A DNA stretch of 63,526 nucleotides, filler included, from Octopus bimaculoides (GCF_001194135.2; 7 parts of 5 records of this genome joined end to end with filler, not necessarily neighbours in it), one strand, 5' to 3'. Shown: positions 26,487-41,558, counted from the whole stretch's first letter. The notes: a model not told the origin generated them from the letters alone. A program made the numbers and translations.

Positions 26487-29400
26487 CACAAACAATACAG
26501 GCTTTCAGTCTGTGTACCAAATCCTTTTAAGGCTTTGGTCAGTCAAGAGCTACAGTAAAAAGAAACACTTGCCCCAAGTATTTAATCCTACACAGTGGGA
26601 CTAAACCTAAAAACCATACAGTTGAAAGCGAAGTTCTTATGGTCATGCCTATTTATTTTTATTTATGCATGTGATAGCATTAACTTTCAATTTCATAAAT
26701 ACACATATACATGTTATATATATATATTTCAAGTGGGAGTTGGAAAATCTGAAGATTTTAACAGAAAGCAAAATACCTCTATATCCCACAGAGTAGAGGA
26801 GTGATTTATTAATTTTGAAAGAGTTCAATATTAAAAAAGAAAATTGACAAGTTTTTGTGTCAATAGTAATCATCACAGGAGACTACAAAAAGGCTTATAA
26901 TTGTATAGGATAGAGTCTACTGTGACACCATCAGACAATACCTGCATGGAATTAAAAGTACAACACTAATTAAATTAAATTTTTCTATCCAGTTTTTAAA
27001 AATGTAATCAGTATTTCCTCACCACTAAGTTTTCTGAAATGAATCAGCTCAACTTAAAAGTTAAATCAACTTTTTTCACATTTCTGATTCCACTGTGAGC
27101 TCTAATAGTTTTCAAAATTCTGAATTGCTGAAGGAAACCTTTAAATTATATTGGGTATATCTGAATGAGCTGCACAGAAATGTGTCAGATTTTCTTTTCT
27201 TACAATAGCAGACTGGCTATTCAACCCCACTCCAAGATACAAGGAATGAGAAAGCAGAAATAGACATAAAATCATACTCCTTATACTCCCAAATGACAAT
27301 AAGTGTAGACCAAAGTTTTAAAGTAATCTTGGATTTTTGGTTACAAAAATACCTTTCTCGTCAGTAACCTACCCTCTGGAACTAAGTTGAGATGCACTTA
27401 ATTACCTTCCCAACATCATATTTAGTAAACTGAATTTCAGTGTTTTCCAAGCAGAGAAAGAAACTGATAATTATTTAACCTAGAGATTCAAGACAACTTA
27501 TTAGTTAGTGCCTTCCCACTTCATACTAAAAAGCCTATATCCCTCACTTAGTACACCCATTTCATTAAAAGTGTAAATAATGCAGATACAAATAAAATGT
27601 AAATATTTCCTTTCATATTGCTAAATAAATTGGTTTGCTATATATATATTGTTTTAAATTTGCAGCATACTTAATAAGGAAGATGGGTGTATACATCCTA
27701 TGTATAATTACAGAGTGGAATATGGTATTGGGAACATGGCCTGGGAGCTAAGAGCCAAGAAGTTGGGGAACTATTTGGCTGGGGGTGGGGCCGGATATTA
27801 AATCAAAGTTTTACTTTTGTTATTACAATATTAAAAAATTAACCCATGTATTTATTAATATTATGAATGCTAGAGTTAGTTCTGCTCGTAAAAACTGTTT
27901 CATGCACATTTAAAACTGAATTATTACCTGCAATACTTATTTCTAACTTAAATACTGAAAACAAAATCATAATACACATTATAATAAGCCAATTTAAAAA
28001 CAAATAATATAGGACCTTTGGGTCATTTGCATTCACCAGCTGAATGGAACCAAATGTTTTTCGGATGGCTTCAGTAAATACAACGTCATCTGTCTTGAAC
28101 TCAATACTTCTATTCAAATCTGGCTTAGGATTGTTGTTAAAAAGATATAGCATCTGATTGACAATGACTTTATGTAACATGAGTATTTGATAGCTGTTCC
28201 CATTTTTCATAACACGTTCTGCAAATTTACTTCCATCTTCTATCTTCTCAATTTTCTTCCCAACATTATGACACATTTCTATTATAGACATTTCTTGAGC
28301 AGCATGGATTTCTTCTAAATCCTTTAATAATTCATCCTAAAAAATATTAGAAATATGAAATTAAATATAATCAAAGGATATATTTCACTTTCAAATTTAA
28401 AACTAGACAAGAGAAATGGTGTAAGTTTTCAAAATTAATATCACATAGGCCTTCAATCCATAACACAGGTCTACGACCAAAACATTATTTTACATTTATT
28501 AGGTGAAATTGATCAATTTTTATCTGCTGATTTCAAAAATTGCAAAGAAATTACCCTATCACAGAGTTTCTTCACAAAATCGATCATTGCATTTTACCAT
28601 TATGTCAGAATTTGACTATTGTCTTTTATCATTACTATTAATTACCATAATAGACTATAACTGTATATCTAAAAGGTGTAATTTGGAAATATAAATATCT
28701 AGCAATGTTCAGGCCATTTCAGCTACACAAAAGTACCTGCATCACTGTAGCTACAGTCACTTACAAGCAGTGAGGAGAGAGACATGCTTTAAAAGGTCCT
28801 GTTGCTTAGGTTAAAGCGTTTTTTTTTTTTTTTTATCAGTTATTTCCTCATGCCTTTTTTTCAATTTATATATATACTACAAACATTGTTTCATTGTATA
28901 TGTTACATTTCAATGCTTCTTTAATATTATGTAAGCATTTAGATGGTAAATCAACATATACTGTAAAAAATGTCCACTTCCTTACAGATCTCCATATCAT
29001 TTGAAGCAAGGATGTCTTGTAGAAATGTGCAAGCAAGCCTGGGCAACTTTTGTTACATTCGTAGCAAGATAATGATTTAAAAAGCATCTGAGAAATATTA
29101 CCAAATTTGTCAAAAAATCTTGCTATGCCAACTTTGGTATAAAGGACCAAGATAAGAAGTGGGCTCCTCATAAAGCTTGTTCAATTTATGTTGAAGAAGA
29201 CAATGAACAAAATATACAAAGTTTTTTTCATTTTAGGATTCCAATGATTTATCCAGATCTCCCTTCTGCATTGCAACTTGTTGCCAATGGACCATACATT
29301 CCAGTCACATCACCACTAAGGAACCATGAAGACATACACTTGAGTTCTGAGTCAGAAGGCAGAAACAGCAATGATCATGAAGACTTCAATAGCAGTGAAG

Positions 29401-32400
29401 GTGAAGAACCTCAACTATTCAAGCAGTATGAATTAAATTNNNNNNNNNNNNNNNNNNNNNNNNNNNNNNNNNNNNNNNNNNNNNNNNNNNNNNNNNNNNN
29501 NNNNNNNNNNNNNNNNNNNNNNNNNNNNNNNNNNNNNNNNNNNNNNNNNNNNNNNNNNNNNNNNNNNNNNNNNNNNNNNNNNNNNNNNNNNNNNNNNNNN
29601 NNNNNNNNNNNNNNNNNNNNNNNNNNNNNNNNNNNNNNNNNNNNNNNNNNNNNNNNNNNNNNNNNNNNNNNNNNNNNNNNNNNNNNNNNNNNNNNNNNNN
29701 NNNNNNNNNNNNNNNNNNNNNNNNNNNNNNNNNNNNNNNNNNNNNNNNNNNNNNNNNNNNNNNNNNNNNNNNNNNNNNNNNNNNNNNNNNNNNNNNNNNN
29801 NNNNNNNNNNNNNNNNNNNNNNNNNNNNNNNNNNNNNNNNNNNNNNNNNNNNNNNNNNNNNNNNNNNNNNNNNNNNNNNNNNNNNNNNNNNNNNNNNNNN
29901 NNNNNNNNNNNNNNNNNNNNNNNNNNNNNNNNNNNNNNNNNNNNNNNNNNNNNNNNNNNNNNNNNNNNNNNNNNNNNNNNNNNNNNNNNNNNNNNNNNNN
30001 NNNNNNNNNNNNNNNNNNNNNNNNNNNNNNNNNNNNNNNNNNNNNNNNNNNNNNNNNNNNNNNNNNNNNNNNNNNNNNNNNNNNNNNNNNNNNNNNNNNN
30101 NNNNNNNNNNNNNNNNNNNNNNNNNNNNNNNNNNNNNNNNNNNNNNNNNNNNNNNNNNNNNNNNNNNNNNNNNNNNNNNNNNNNNNNNNNNNNNNNNNNN
30201 NNNNNNNNNNNNNNNNNNNNNNNNNNNNNNNNNNNNNNNNNNNNNNNNNNNNNNNNNNNNNNNNNNNNNNNNNNNNNNNNNNNNNNNNNNNNNNNNNNNN
30301 NNNNNNNNNNNNNNNNNNNNNNNNNNNNNNNNNNNNNNNNNNNNNNNNNNNNNNNNNNNNCATGGAGAGGGTCATAGCCCAACTAATTAGGGAGAGTCAG
30401 TTTAGATGAGATGCAGTTTGGGTTTGTGCCAGGGAAAAGCACCATTGATGCTATATTTCTGGTAAGACAGCTGCAGGAGAAATACCTAGCCAAAGATAAA
30501 CCTCTGTACTTGGCTTTACTGACATGGAGAAAGCCTTTGACAGGGCCCCCCGATCCCTTATCTGGTGGTCAATGAGGAAACTAGGGATAGATGAATAGTT
30601 AGTGAGAGCTGTGCGAGCCATGTACAGAGACGCTGTCAGTAAGGTGAGGGTTGGCAATGAGTACAGTGAAGAATTCCAGGTGGAGGTAGGGGTCCACCAA
30701 GGTTCGGTCCTCAGCCCACTCCTATTTATCAAAGTCCTCCAGGCGATAACAGAGGAATTCAAGACAGGATACCTCTGGGAGCTCCTCTATGCTGATGATC
30801 TTGCTCTAATTGCTGAGTCACTATCAGAACTCAAGAAGTTTCTTCAGGTGTGGAAGCAAGGATTAGAATCAAAGGGCCTTAGAATCAACCTAGCTAAAAC
30901 CAAAGCCCTAATAAGTAGGAAGGTAGACAAAACACAAATCCCTTCAGGTAGATGGCCCTGCTCAATCTGTAGAAAAGGCGTAGGTAGAAACTCAATAAGA
31001 TGTACCCAGTGTAAGCTATGGACACCTAGGAAGGCTAACTAGGAAGTTAGTCTTTGTATGTGGCAGATGCTCAGGAGCAATAAACACTGAAAATGTGCAG
31101 AAAACAACTTCTGCCACATTCCAGGGAGAAAAACTAGAAGTAATTGATAGCTTCCGTTACCTAGGTGACCAAGACAGTAGTGGGGGACAGTGAGCTGAAA
31201 GTGTAGTGGCTAGAATAAGAATAGCCTGGGCAAAGTTCAGAGTGCTCTTACCTCAGCTGGTGACAAAGGGTCTCCCTCTCAGAGTAAAAGGCAGACTGTA
31301 TGACGCATGTGTACGAACAGCCATGCTACATGGCAGTGAAACATGGACCATGACAGCTGAGAACATGCGTATGCTAGCAAGGAATGAAGCCAGTATGCTC
31401 CGATGGATGTGTAATGTCAGTGTGCATACTAGACAGAGTGTAAGTACCTTGAGAGAAAAGTTGGACCTAAGAAGCATCAGTTGTGGTGTGCAAGAGAGAC
31501 GATTGCACTGGTATGGTCATGTGGCGAGAATGAATGAGGATAGCTGTGTGNNNNNNNNNNNNNNNNNNNNNNNNNNNNNNNNNNNNNNNNNNNNNNNNNN
31601 NNNNNNNNNNNNNNNNNNNNNNNNNNNNNNNNNNNNNNNNNNNNNNNNNNNNNNNNNNNNNNNNNNNNNNNNNNNNNNNNNNNNNNNNNNNNNNNNNNNN
31701 NNNNNNNNNNNNNNNNNNNNNNNNNNNNNNNNNNNNNNNNNNNNNNNNNNNNNNNNNNNNNNNNNNNNNNNNNNNNNNNNNNNNNNNNNNNNNNNNNNNN
31801 NNNNNNNNNNNNNNNNNNNNNNNNNNNNNNNNNNNNNNNNNNNNNNNNNNNNNNNNNNNNNNNTATGCGTACCTTTCCTTCTTTGGACACAAAACTCTGC
31901 TTGCGAAGACCCATTGAGGCAAGTGAAATCGAAATCGAATCAAACCAAATTCGACGACTGGCACCCATGCCAACCTTCCTTCATTGAACACTAAACTCGG
32001 CTTGCGAAGACCTGTTGGGACAAGTGAGATTGAAACTGAACCAAATTCGATGACTGGTACCCATGCCAGTGGAGCACTAACAGCACTATCAGAGCGGGAT
32101 CACTGCCAGAGCAGCTATCTTGGCTTCCGTGCCGGTGGCACAGAAAACGTACCATTTGAGCGTGATCGTCACCAGCATCGCCTTATTGGCACATGAACAA
32201 AACATTCGAGTGAGGTTATTGCCAGTGCCGCTGGACTGACTCGTGTGCAGGTGGCACGTAAAAAACACCATTTGAGCGTGACCGTTGCCAGTCAAAGCAT
32301 CCAACCCATGCTAGCATGGAAAGCGGACGTTCAACGATGATGATGATTATATATATATACATATATACTTTTATTCTTTTGTGCATTTCAGCCCAAATGG

Positions 32401-35400
32401 TGTGGCCATGCTGTGGCACCCATTGTAATTATTTTTTTAATAGCCATTCTTATGTGATTGGCCTTTGGTGAAAGTGGGAGTTTACTATTACTGCCCTCCC
32501 TTGAGTTGCTTGCTGTGATGTACTTTCATCTGGGACCTTGGACAGCTAAAGGTCAAATTGTTTCTTGAAAACATCTACCCTTATTCTATGTAGATCCCAC
32601 AGATGTTCTGGCAAGATAGTAAATAGCCGTGGGCCTTTGAACAGTGCAGTGATATCCAGTTCATGAGCTGGCTAGCTCCCAATACCAAAGTTTGGTGCCA
32701 ACCCCTCCAAGATCTTCCATATGCATATCACTGCATACCTCTCCCATCTTCGATCCAGTGAGTAGAGTTGTAGCCTTTTCATTCTCTTCCAAACAGCTCT
32801 GCTGCTCTATTGATGCAATCTTCCTAGTGTAGCACCACTGAACTGCCTCAACTCCTGCTATTAATTTGTTAATGTGTCTGCAGACCATACATTGTTAGTT
32901 CTATTAAGTTATGGTACAAGAGAATCACTGGTGTCACTTTAACATTATGAATGAGCGTTGTATCAGTTGTAAAGTAGAGGTTCAGAGCATTTTTACCTCT
33001 TGTTGAGTGGAGCATTATTTGCTGGGTGGCACATAAAAGACACCATTTTCGAGCATGGCCGTTGCCAGTACCACCTGACTGGCCTTCGTGCGGGTGACAC
33101 GTAAAAGCACCCACTACACTCTGAGTGGTTGGCGTTAGGAAGGGCATCCAGCTGTAGAAACTCTGCCAAATTAGATTGGAGCCTGGTGTTGCCATCCGGT
33201 TTCACCAGTCCTCAGTCAAATCGTCCAACCCATGCTAGCATGGAAAGCAGACGTTAAACGATGATGATGATGATGATGATTAGGGAGGTTGAAGTCCCCT
33301 AGACATATATGATGGCTGTCATCTAGGTTGGTTAATATTTGAGTCCCCATAATCTGGAGTATCTGGTGGACAATATGTAGCACACATTACCTCTTCATCT
33401 GATTAATGTGTGCCACCAGAGTATCATCGACTGAGTTTGAGTGTCACAGCATTGGTGGGACATTACAAGGCCCGATATTCAGCAGGAATACCGATGTGAC
33501 ATTCAAGATGAGAGGTGACCACCCTGTTGTTTGCAACGGTCTTGAGTGCTGATACATGTTTCTCAGATTTAATGTCTTATAAAACAAGGTCTGCTACCTC
33601 TGTGCTATTTTCCAAAAAAGATAATGGTTCAGCAGCTGCTGTCTACACTGCATCTATATTCTTTTTCCTCTTAGGAGCATTGTGTGCACCATCCACATAT
33701 CTTCATGGTGGAGACATCGTATTTTGTAACCTGGTCATGTCCTTGGGGACAGGTCTTCCAAGCCGTGACATTAGCAAAATGAATACCACCCACACTGGAT
33801 TTGGGATGAGCAAATCTACAGCTTGTCACAAAATCTCCATGCCAATAAGTAACCTTTGCATAAACTTGCAGACTTTGTTTTTTTGTTTTTTTTTTAAAGA
33901 ACCTTTATCTTCTCAAGTTCCATTTCTTTTTCCACCTTGGGCCCACAGCCATCCTCAGCTTGCTTGTGCCTGCATCTTCATGTTTGGCTTCTTTGTTTCT
34001 CTTGATGAACTTTTGGTTTGCTGCTGTTCTCTTAGGGCACAAAGTTGGCCAGAGTGGTGATGTTTGTTGTGTTCCTACTGCACAGCAAGCCATATATGTA
34101 TATATCTATATATACACACACACACACACACACACGATGGACTTTCTTGTAGAAGACGACATGCGAGTGCTCAGCTTTTTTGCTAAACCTGCACAAATTT
34201 GTTTTATAGTGATCAAATGTTCATACCACACATTAGCTCTCTCTCTCTCTCTCTCAATCAAATCGACGTTGTCTGAACAAGTGCACTATTTACCGTGCAT
34301 CAGTGTCAAAGTGACCATACACACACATGCATATAGCATTTTTTGTTTCAATGATTAGACTGTGGCTATGCAGGGGCTCTGCCTTGAAGAATTTTAATCA
34401 AATGAATCAACTCCAGTACTTATTCTTTGAAGCCTGTTACTTATTCCATTGGTCTTTTGCTGAACCACAAAGTTACAAAGACATAAACACAATACTGGTT
34501 GTCAAGTGGCAGTGGAGAACAAACACGAACATAAAGACACACACACACATACATACATGTACACATAATTATACATACATATATGTATACATGCAAACAA
34601 ATTAAATAGAGAAATACAATTGACAATCTAACAAGAGCACACGGGACTTAGATTGTCTCAAATGCCCAGGAGGCTCTCTTGAGGTTGTAGATAGTTTCTG
34701 TTACCTAGGTGACCAAATTAGCAATGGTGGAGGATGCTCTGAAAGTATTGTTTCCAGAATAAGAATTGGGTGGTGGAAGTTCAGAGAGCTATTGCCTCTG
34801 TTGGCAACAAAAGGACTCTCTCTCAGAGTGAAAGGTAGACTATATGATGCTTGTGTACAAACAGTTATACTCCATGGTAGTGAGACAGGGCTCTGAATGC
34901 TGAGGACATGTAGACTGGAAAGAAACAAAGGTAGTATGCTCCGTTGGATGTGCAACATCAGTGCACATATTAGACAAAGTGCAAATGTATTGAAAGAAAA
35001 GTTGGGCATAAGAGGAATCAAATGTAGCAGGTAAGAGAGAAGACTATGTTGGTTTGGACATGTGATGCATATGAATGAAGTCAGCTGCATAAAGAAGTGC
35101 CAATCACTGAAAGTGGATGGTACCCATGGAAGAGGGAAACCCAGGAAGACATGGGATGAAGTGGTAAGGACTGATCTCAGAAAGTTGGACCTCACAAAGG
35201 AAATGACCATGGACCGAGATGTCTAGTGACATGAAGTTCTGGGCTCTAGAAGTGCTGTGCGCCCCACCCACACTTAAGAAAACTTCTCACACTATCTCAA
35301 CGAACCAAACTACATCTCTTTTCTTCCTCACATTCCGCTTCATGTACTGTGAATACCTCCTACTCCCCAATCTTGTCCTCTTGGCCCAGTGCCACTGTAT

Positions 35401-38400
35401 CATTGCTCTCTGCTTGCCCCTAACCTGTGTTCTACCCACATTCCGTCTCATTCTATTATTGCCATCCTAACCCCCGACCTGTGTGTTCCACCCACATATA
35501 ACAAGAAAACTTTTCCTTCACCCTACCCCAACAAACCAATCAACATCTCTTCTTTCTCGCATTTCCTCCTTCATTCACGATGCCTAGCTTTCACTCCCCA
35601 ATCATGTCTTCACAGCCCTGTTCCTCTGTATCATTGCTATCTGGTAGCCCCTCCAACTCTATATATACCCAGGTCTTTTGCGACTCATTCGCACTCCCTT
35701 TGCAATATCCTGTCACTTATATTATGGCATTTGAACTTCAAGGGTATGCCCTGGCACTTGCCACCATCTATATCTCTCTCTTCTTTTACTCAAACATCCC
35801 ATTTATATTCTGATCCCAGTCTCTTGTGAGTATGCCTAGCATTCTGCCACCATCTCCATCCTGCAGCCTCCTACTCTCTCTCTCTCTCCTGCACTTCCGT
35901 CAGGTTGGGCAACTGTGTATTTTCTTTGTGGTAGCACACCTGTTTCTATCTTCATTCCTGATCTTTTTCTCTCCAGCAAGGTAACCTTGTACTTCCTCTA
36001 CAGCAAGACACCTGTATCTGCCAAACTATAACCTTTTCATCATCACCTCCTGCCCTCTTAAGTGTTTTCGTTTTGCAAGTACTTGGTGACCCTGTCAGTG
36101 CAGGTGCCACTTAAAAGCACCCAGTCCACACTGTAAAGTGGTAGGTGTTAGGAAGGACATCCGGCTGTAAAAACCTTGCCAAAACTGACCTCACCTGTGC
36201 TTGTGCCACATAAAAAGCACTAAATCCACTCTGCTGAGTAGCTGGTGTTAGGAAGGGCATCCAGCCAAAACAGTTACAGAAGTCAGTGCAGGCTTTGGCC
36301 TGGTTGGCTCTTGCAGTACCATCCCACCCATGCTAGCGTGGAACACAGATGTTAAATGATGTAGATAAAACATTAAAAAATTATTAAAAAAACCCAAAAA
36401 GCCAACAATTTGTTTCAAATTATACATGCTTACTCCCTGTTTTTCACACAACTCATTCCAACATAGATGGTTCTCCGACACCCAGTTATGCACTGCTAAG
36501 CTAAGATTTTCTCTCGTTTTTCTATCTTTTCACTTATTCATTCGCATTAATGATTTAATATGTATTATTTACTAATATCTACTTTCATAAGCTAATTATT
36601 TAAATTGACTCTTCAATATATAACTTCCTAATTTCTCTGTCTCAGCCTTCGTTTCTCCTTAATTCTTCATGTAATCTCTCCTTCCCACCTGTTTTCTCAA
36701 GTTGGCTACATATTTTTTGTACCACCTCTCTAAATTAATCCTTGCTTGTCTGCGGTGCGCTTGTCCATTCCCACCCCCCACCATCACCAATACCTGATAT
36801 CTCTCTTCTCCCACCACCATTACCGGATATCTCTCTCTTCTCCCACTGGAAACCCCCTCCCTCACTGGTGGTATCCTCTATTCATACCTGCAATTTCCTC
36901 CTCCTCTCTCTCCTGCCCACCTACTTAATCGACTATCTTTCGTTTTGACTCAAAATTTGTCAGCAAATTACTCGGTAATTTCCATGGACATATCGAAGTG
37001 GAAAGAGAAAGCTAATGGATTGTATGTGCATGCTTGTTGCTCTCTTCACTTACTGGAAGCCCCCTCCCTCACTGGTGGCATCCTTTATCATACCTGCAAT
37101 TTCCTCTTCCTCTCTCCCCCAGGACAAATGCAACTAGTTTAGCTGCCCACCTACTTAATCTAACATTGGCATATTGATATTCATATTCTCTTTTATCTAT
37201 CTTTATTTATTTATTTACTTATAACTGCAACACCAGTAATCCTTAAATTTACGATGTCCATAATGCTTATACTTAAAACGCCGCTAACACCTACGCCTAC
37301 CCCCAGTAGGGGTAACAATCTTAACACGCCGGAATGTTTGAATGATGAGAAGTCTACAGGTGTAGCATGTCTGTCAAACGAACACATAAACCTTCTTCTT
37401 TTCAGGCACTGAATAACATCTCCCTTCTCCATGCCTCCTCCCACATTCCTTTCTCAGTTTTTAGAGTTGGTACTGTCAATGTAGGCACACTGAAAGGTAG
37501 GTCTAGTGAGATTGTAGAGATGCTTGAATAGAGACATGTTGATGTATGCTGCATACAAAAGGTAAGATGGAGAGGAGCTTCAGCCAGGGTCCTCACAGGC
37601 AAGGCACATAGGTATAAAATATTCTAGGAAGGTAACAGTGATGGAGTGTTGGCATACTCCTTGCGGAGAAATGGGTGGATAAGGTCACAGAGGTTGTCAG
37701 GGTATGCTATAGAGTGCTTAAGCTCAGGCTGGTCCTGCAGAATAGTATAGCTACAATTATCTCTGCCTATGCCCCACATGAGGGCATAGTAAACAATCAG
37801 AAGGACCACTTTTATGATACCCTTCTATGGGCTACCTCAAAGATGAGTGGCAATGACCTCATCTTTGCAGCTGGAGATTTTAATGGTCATGTTGGACAGC
37901 AATCCAGTATCTTCCATGGTGTTCACAGGGACCATGGAATCATTTCTCGAAATGAAAGAACTAGGCTACTGGAGTTCTGTGATGCATGTAACCTATTAAT
38001 CTGCAACAGTAACTTCAAGAAGCCAGACAGCCACCTGATAACCTATCAATCAGGTGACTCTGCTAGCCAGATTGATTTCATCCTCATCAGAAAGTGAGAT
38101 GCAAGTTCGCTCTTAAATACAAAGACCCTCCCTGGTGAAGAAAGTACCCCCAGCATAGACTAGTTATTAGTAACTTTAGACTCGAGGCCAGATGGATGCC
38201 AAGAAGCAGACCAATCCAGAAAAGAACGATTTGGAAGCTAAAGAATCCTTCACATGGTCAGAAATTTAGGGACATCCTCATTGAGAAATTTGATAAGAGG
38301 GAGGGGAAGCTACAGTAGAGCAACGTGGTGATGGAATAACACGGTAGATAGGGCCATTAAGAAACAGGCCTGGAAAATCTGGAAGAGTGGGGGTAGCAGG

Positions 38401-40230
38401 GAACTGTACCAGATAGCCAGAAGGGAGGCTGGGAGACAGATATACATAGCCAAGGGAAAAGCAGAAAAGAAGTTTACTAATGTTCAGTGATGTGAGGACC
38501 AAACAACTGAAGTATTTTGGATTGCAAGACTGTGTGAGAGAAAATTGTGATGTTACAGGAGAGAAATGTGTCTGCATGAATGATGGTGCACTTGCTTTTA
38601 ATGATTCTGCAAAGAAAGAGGCTTGGAGAAGCCATTATGAAGGGCTGCTGAATGTGGAGAATGAATGGGAGGAGGAGAGCCTGCCAAATGTGGACCCAGT
38701 AGAGGAACCAGGTACCCGAATAGATAGCACCCTGGAAGATAAAGTAATTAAGGATATGAAGTCAGGAAAACCTCTGGCCCATCAGGAACCACTGCTGAGA
38801 GGCTTAAAATATCTGGTGGTGTGGGTTATGGTCTAGTCACCTGTATTATAAACCAGGTAGTTCACGAAGGAGTCATACCCAATGATTGGCATAGCAGCAC
38901 CATAGTCAACTGCTACAAAGGTAAAGGTGATGCTTTAGATAGAAATAACCACAGGGTTATCAAACTGCGGGATCAGGTGATAAAGGTCACGGAGAGGGTC
39001 ATAGCCCAACTAATTAGGGACAGAGTCCACTTAGATGAGATGCAGTTTGGTTTTGTGTCAGGGAGAAGTACCACTGATGCTATATTACTGGTAAGGCAAC
39101 TGCAAGAGAAATACCTAGACAAAGATAAACTTTGAGTCTAAAGTTACTAATAACTAATCTATGCTGGGGGGGGTACGTTCTTCACCAGGGAGAGTCTTTG
39201 TATCTGAGAGCAACCTTGCATCCCGCTGACTGGTGAGGATGAAATCAATCTGGCTAGCAGTCACCTGATTGATAGGTTATCAAGTGGCTGTCTGGCTTCC
39301 TGAAGTTGGTGTTGCAGGTTAATACATTGCATGCATCACAGAACTTCAGTAGCCTATTTGGCTTTTGTTGATTTGGAGAAAGCCTTTGACAGGGTCCCCC
39401 GATCACTTATCTGGTGGGCGATGCGGAAACTGGGGATTTACAAGTGGCTAATAAGAGCTGTACAGGGATGCCATTAGTAAGGTAGAAGAATTCCAGGTAG
39501 AAGTAGGGGTTCACCAAGGAACAGCTCTCAGCCCCCTCTTATTCATCATAGTCTTCCAGGCAATAACAGAGGAATTCAAGACAGGTTGCCCCAGGAGTTC
39601 CTCTATGCTCATGACCTTGCTCTCATAGCAGAATCACTACCAGAACTAGAGAAGACATTTCAAGTGTGGAAGCAAGGTTCAGAATCGAAGGGCCTTAGAT
39701 TCAATGTTGCAAAAACCAAAGTCCTAGAAAGTAGGAAGGCAAACACATCACACACCCCTTCAGGTAGATGGTCCTGCTCAATCTGTAGGAAACTCCATAA
39801 GATGTACCAAGTGTAAGCTATGGACACATAAGGTGCAGCAACATCAAAGGAAAACAGATTCCATCACATGCCAGGGGGAGGAACTAGAAGTAGTTGATAG
39901 CTTCCGCTACCTAGGTGACCAAGTCTGTAGTCGAGGTGGATGCTCGGAGAGCGTTGCCACTAGAATAAGAATAGCCTGGGCAAAGTTCAGAAAGCTCCTA
40001 CCTCTACTGGTGAATAATGTATATAAGTTGAAACAAATTGTTGGCTTTTTTGAGTTAATCAATAATTTTTTGTTGTCTTATTTATAGTATATTATAATAT
40101 AAATAAATTGTTAGATTGTCAATTGTATTTATACCCCTATTTCTGTGATATTCAACTGACATACCAGTGAATTGGGTGTTTTACACCCCACTGATGGAAT
40201 TTTTTCCTTCGTTTGTTACATTGTATGTAT

Positions 40231-40309
<79 letters not shown>

Positions 40310-41558
40310 AACACACACACATATGAAGTCTGCTTAAAAAGTATCAGAACTGGTGCCATAAAAAGAAAACTACAACATATCAATTCAGCCTGCAATCTCC
40401 TTCAAAGTAGCACCCTTCTGAAACCACAGTTTCCATTGTTGGAAGCATTCCTGGAACTCTTTGTTTGGCATAGCAAGCAGCTGCCATGGCACATTCTTTT
40501 GGATTTCCTCAACATCTTGAAATGTTTCTGGGAGTCATCCATTGCAAAGACAGAGTCTTGATTTCAGAGTCATTACTATACACCCATCATTCATCACTTG
40601 TGATCACCATTTTCGAAAGGATTATGTCTTTCTCAGCACACCTGAGGAGATCCTGCACATCTGAAACATGATCTTTTTTCAGACCACCACACGCTACACC
40701 AGTGGTTCCCAAACTTTTTAGAGACACGACCCACTATTTATGACACCAGTTTATGGCGACCCACTTAACTCTACTGGGTAAAAACATTAATGAAAGAAAC
40801 AAATTTATTTCAGATTACATTTTCATTGAGGCGTTTTTTATAACTGTTTCAACGTCTCCATACCCTATGGGCAGGTATTAACTCTAATACAAAACCTCGA
40901 AGTAGTAACTGTTATTGGCTCGATCAGTGCTGTACTGCGCCTAGTTAAAGTTCTCTATAAATAGGTAAAAACAGACTTTTCCTTTTTACGATTACGTACG
41001 AATAAATAACTTGAGAAAATGACCACCTCTGATTTGTTAAGTTCGTGAAAAAAGCCTACTGCTTGATAAAACAACCAGTCTGGTATTGAAAACATGNNNN
41101 NNNNNNNNNNNNNNNNNNNNNNNNNNNNNNNNNNNNNNNNNNNNNNNNNNNNNNNNNNNNNNNNNNNNNNNNNNNNNNNNNNNNNNNNNNNNNNNNNNNN
41201 NNNNNNNNNNNNNNNNNNNNNNNNNNNNNNNNNNNNNNNNNNNNNNNNNNNNNNNNNNNNNNNNNNNNNNNNNNNNNNNNNNNNNNNNNNNNNNNNNNNN
41301 NNNNNNNNNNNNNNNNNNNNNNNNNNNNNNNNNNNNNNNNNNNNNNNNNNNNNNNNNNNNNNNNNNNNNNNNNNNNNNNNNNNNNNNNNNNNNNNNNNNN
41401 NNNNNNNNNNNNNNNNNNNNNNNNNNNNNNNNNNNNNNNNNNNNNNNNNNNNNNNNNNNNNNNNNNNNNNNNNNNNNNNNNNNNNNNNNNNNNNNNNNNN
41501 NNNNNNNNNNNNNNNNNNNNNNNNNNNNNNNNNNNNNNNNNNNNNNNNNNNNNNNNNN

